Shown: positions 61,521 to 64,000 of the stretch, in pieces
Layout of the letters: each line of letters begins with the position of its first letter
Numbering within the stretch: position 1 is the first letter of the stretch
Assembly (NCBI GenBank): GCA_041744215.1
Contig: JBGTLG010000041.1
Span: forward strand, 64,001 to 128,000
Reading direction: 5' to 3'
DNA: 64,000 nucleotides
Source: Fimbriimonadales bacterium
Lineage (GTDB): Bacteria; Armatimonadota; Fimbriimonadia; Fimbriimonadales; ATM1
Translations under genes and position numbers: made by a program
Notes under the pieces: generated by a model
The model's input: only the letters and a program-made list of their open reading frames with translations
What the model was told of the DNA's origin: nothing
Database searches by the model: none

Positions 61521-62159
61521 CTACAAAAACTTGAGAATCATGAAGAACACGATCCAAACGATCGCCATGAAGTGCCAGTACATCGAGAACAAATCAATTC
61601 CAAGGTGCTGTGCATTGGTGTACCTGCCGCGATACGACTTCCAAACGACATAGGCCAGCCACCCAATCCCTACGAACACGTGGGCTCCATGAACTCCAGT
61701 GAGTACGTAGAAAAGGTCGCGGAACGGATTCGTAGTAGCGAATACTTGCTGGCGAATCAATTCCGACCAGGCAAACCCCTGGCTCGCAAGAAACAATACT
61801 CCGAAAAAGAGCGTGAGCGTGACGAAAGTGAAAAGCGCGGCGCGATCTCCTCGCCTGATCGACTTTGAGCCTATCCGAAGCGTCAGGCTCGAAGCGAGAA
61901 TCATCACGGTGCTAACCCACAGAGAATTCGGCGCGTCAAACGGATAACTGAGCTTGTCCTGCAATCTGATCAAGTAGAGGATTGTTAAAGCGCCGAACAT
62001 TGTCGACAACGCCGACACCGCAAGCCACATGGCAAGATAGGGCGCGGTCCGGCGGCGTCCGGCCGGAACAGACATTCGCGCAGAGGAACCGTTTGTTGCT
62101 CCCTGATTCTGTTCATTCTCCGGCTGATCAATCATGGAACGGGAATCGAATCCCGCCAT
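61521..62159 (-). CDS. Second heme-copper oxidase subunit III-like protein
   Basis: STVMILASS, FYVLTGVHGAHV, YWHFMAIVW. Confidence 0.82.
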   Translation of the reverse strand: MAGFDSRSMIDQPENEQNQGATNGSSARMSVPAGRRRTAPYLAMWLAVSALSTMFGALTILYLIRLQDKLSYPFDAPNSLWVSTVMILASSLTLRIGSKSIRRGDRAALFTFVTLTLFFGVLFLASQGFAWSELIRQQVFATTNPFRDLFYVLTGVHGAHVFVGIGWLAYVVWKSYRGRYTNAQHLGIDLFSMYWHFMAIVWIVFFMILKFL

Positions 62160-62163
62160 AAGT

Positions 62164-63423
62164 TTACCGCCGCCTTGTTTCCTCCCCGATCAAACGCGCG
62201 CCTTTGTTGTAGGTGACGTAACTGTACGCCCACTGAACTGCGATCACCAGCCGATTGTCAAATCCTACGATCTGCATAATGTGGATAAACGCCCAAGCTA
62301 CCCATCCGAAAATGCCGGCGACCATGAATCGTCCGATCTTTCCGACAGCCGAATTGCGACCGATCACGGCCAAACTCCCGTAATCTCGGTATCTGAAACT
62401 AGGCTCGGCGCGACCCTTGAATCGGTGACTTAGCACACGCGCCACATGCCGACCCATTTGCATCGCAACTTGTGCAACACCTGGAAGCGGAGTCGGAAAG
62501 GACGCCAAGTCTCCGATAACGAAGATGTCGTCGTGCCCATCGACCGTGAGATTTTCCAACACCGCGATCCGACCCGCACTGTCAGTTTTCGCATCCGTTG
62601 CTTCGGCGACCGCTAAGCTGAAACCGCACGCTTCAACCCCCGCTGCCCAAAAGACATTTTCGGATCTCAATGTCCGTGACTCGCCTTGTGCGCTGATCGT
62701 AACCTCGCCATCCGCGATGTCGGTGACCCGCGATTCATTCAATACTGTAACCCCAAGCCGCTCAAGCGAGCGCCTGGCCCGCACCGAAAGTCGGGCGTCA
62801 AATGTCGGTAGCACACGAGAATCACCCTCAACAAGATAAATGGTGGCAAGCGCGGGATCGATTCGTCGGAAGTCCCCGCGGAGAGTTCTTCTTGACAACT
62901 CACCCAGCGCGCCAGCCAACTCCACACCTGTCGGACCAGCGCCGACGATAACAAAACTCAACAGCGCCGCGCGTCGAGCAGGATCGTCTTCCAATTCTGC
63001 CGACTCGAACGCCGAGAGCACTTTCGCCCTGATTCGGAGAGCGTCCTCAATCGTTTTCAATCCTGGCGCAATCTCTTCCCATCCATCGTTACCGAAGTAC
63101 GAATGGCGGACGCCTGTTGCAATGATGAGCGTATCGTAAGGCACCTCTCCATGATCTGTCACAACCTCCTTCGACTGTACGTCCAAGCCCTTGGCTTTCG
63201 TCATCAATACGCTCACGCGTTTTTGCTTCCGCACTACTGACCGAATAGGCGACGCGATATCCCCTGGGGAGAGGCCTCCCGTCGCAACTTGATAAAGGAG
63301 CGGCTGGAACAGGTGAAAGTTGCGCTCGTCGATCAGGATCACATCGACCGGTAACCGCGTGAGCGCCTTCGCGGCCTGAAGCCCACCGAATCCTCCACCG
63401 ACGACAACAACACGATGTTTCAC
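62164..63423 (-). CDS. ndh: Type II NADH:quinone oxidoreductase
   Basis: GGGFGG, FQPLLYQVATG, GAGPTGVELAG, WAAGV, PGVAQVAMQMG; start reset to GTG 63423. Confidence 0.9.
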   Translation of the reverse strand: MKHRVVVVGGGFGGLQAAKALTRLPVDVILIDERNFHLFQPLLYQVATGGLSPGDIASPIRSVVRKQKRVSVLMTKAKGLDVQSKEVVTDHGEVPYDTLIIATGVRHSYFGNDGWEEIAPGLKTIEDALRIRAKVLSAFESAELEDDPARRAALLSFVIVGAGPTGVELAGALGELSRRTLRGDFRRIDPALATIYLVEGDSRVLPTFDARLSVRARRSLERLGVTVLNESRVTDIADGEVTISAQGESRTLRSENVFWAAGVEACGFSLAVAEATDAKTDSAGRIAVLENLTVDGHDDIFVIGDLASFPTPLPGVAQVAMQMGRHVARVLSHRFKGRAEPSFRYRDYGSLAVIGRNSAVGKIGRFMVAGIFGWVAWAFIHIMQIVGFDNRLVIAVQWAYSYVTYNKGARLIGEETRRR

Positions 63424-63474
63424 CGAAAGCGTTTTACCCCTGGACGCCGTGTGTATACTCTTGGCACCGTTTCG

Positions 63475-64000
63475 ATGAACTCTTATCAAAAGACCGCGTT
63501 GTTCACAATCGGTGCGACGTTCTTCCTAATTATTGTTGGCGGACTCGTGCGCGCCGCCGGAGCAGGATTGGGTTGCCCAGATTGGCCGCACTGCTTTGGC
63601 AGCTGGATCCCACCAACGAGCGCAGATCAGCTGATTGGCACCGAATACGATCCCGCGCAATTCAATGTTTTTCAAACGTGGCTCGAATACATCAACCGAC
63701 TCATCGGCGTCATCATTGGCCTGTTAATCGTACTGACCGCTGTTCGGTCGCGACACTACTTCGCATCAAAACCCATCGTCTTCTGGGGCTCCATCTGCGC
63801 CGTTCTTCTCGTTGGATTTCAAGGCTGGCTCGGCGGGGTAGTCGTGAAATCGGAGCTTGAAGCGTGGATCATCACCGCGCATATGATTACAGCGATGGTG
63901 CTGGTTTGTTTGCTGATCTATCTCGTCTTCGTTGCAAGCGCTGAACAGCTTCGGGTTCAGGTAGAAGCCCTGCGTCGTTCACAGCTGCTCTGGCTTGGAA
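63475..64000 (+). CDS. ctaA: Heme A synthase (COX15/CtaA), 3'-truncated; absent from ORF track
   Basis: Manual translation: GGLVRAAGAGLGCPDWPHCFG, WLEYINRLIG, FQGWLGGVVV, ITAHM. Confidence 0.9.
   Translation, partial: MNSYQKTALFTIGATFFLIIVGGLVRAAGAGLGCPDWPHCFGSWIPPTSADQLIGTEYDPAQFNVFQTWLEYINRLIGVIIGLLIVLTAVRSRHYFASKPIVFWGSICAVLLVGFQGWLGGVVVKSELEAWIITAHMITAMVLVCLLIYLVFVASAEQLRVQVEALRRSQLLWLG

Overview
A compact bacterial core-genome window (GC roughly mid-to-high 50s % by eye). Gene order and protein style suggest a diderm Terrabacterium such as Armatimonadota; this is an inference. It holds: (i) a sugar/uracil block and polA; (ii) an outer-membrane biogenesis operon, lipA-tamB-ECF sigma-bamA-skp-skp-like lipoprotein-lpxD-lpxC-fabZ-lpxA-lpxB-dxr; (iii) a small membrane protein, a degenerate YchF and a degenerate AroE in one unit; (iv) ruvAB, mutL, ruvC, rpmB, beta-oxidation/ETF genes, eno-pyk-ftsB, tpiA, serS, a GAF-PAS kinase and queCE; (v) a complete alternative complex III (actABCDEF+G-like) with caa3 oxidase, assembly factors, ndh and ctaA. 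I saw no rRNA, tRNA, CRISPR, phage or IS. The best leads are: tamB apparently starting at a non-canonical ATT coupled to lipA; an ECF sigma factor with no adjacent anti-sigma and its own ECF-type promoter inside the outer-membrane operon; a lipidated, elongated Skp paralogue; the degenerate YchF/AroE unit with an unannotated 52-aa membrane protein; an ActE whose axial Met appears replaced by His; a structured act leader with a Rex-like palindrome; and repeated leaderless-type gene starts. Family assignments and reference residue comparisons come from motif recognition and memory, not database searches.
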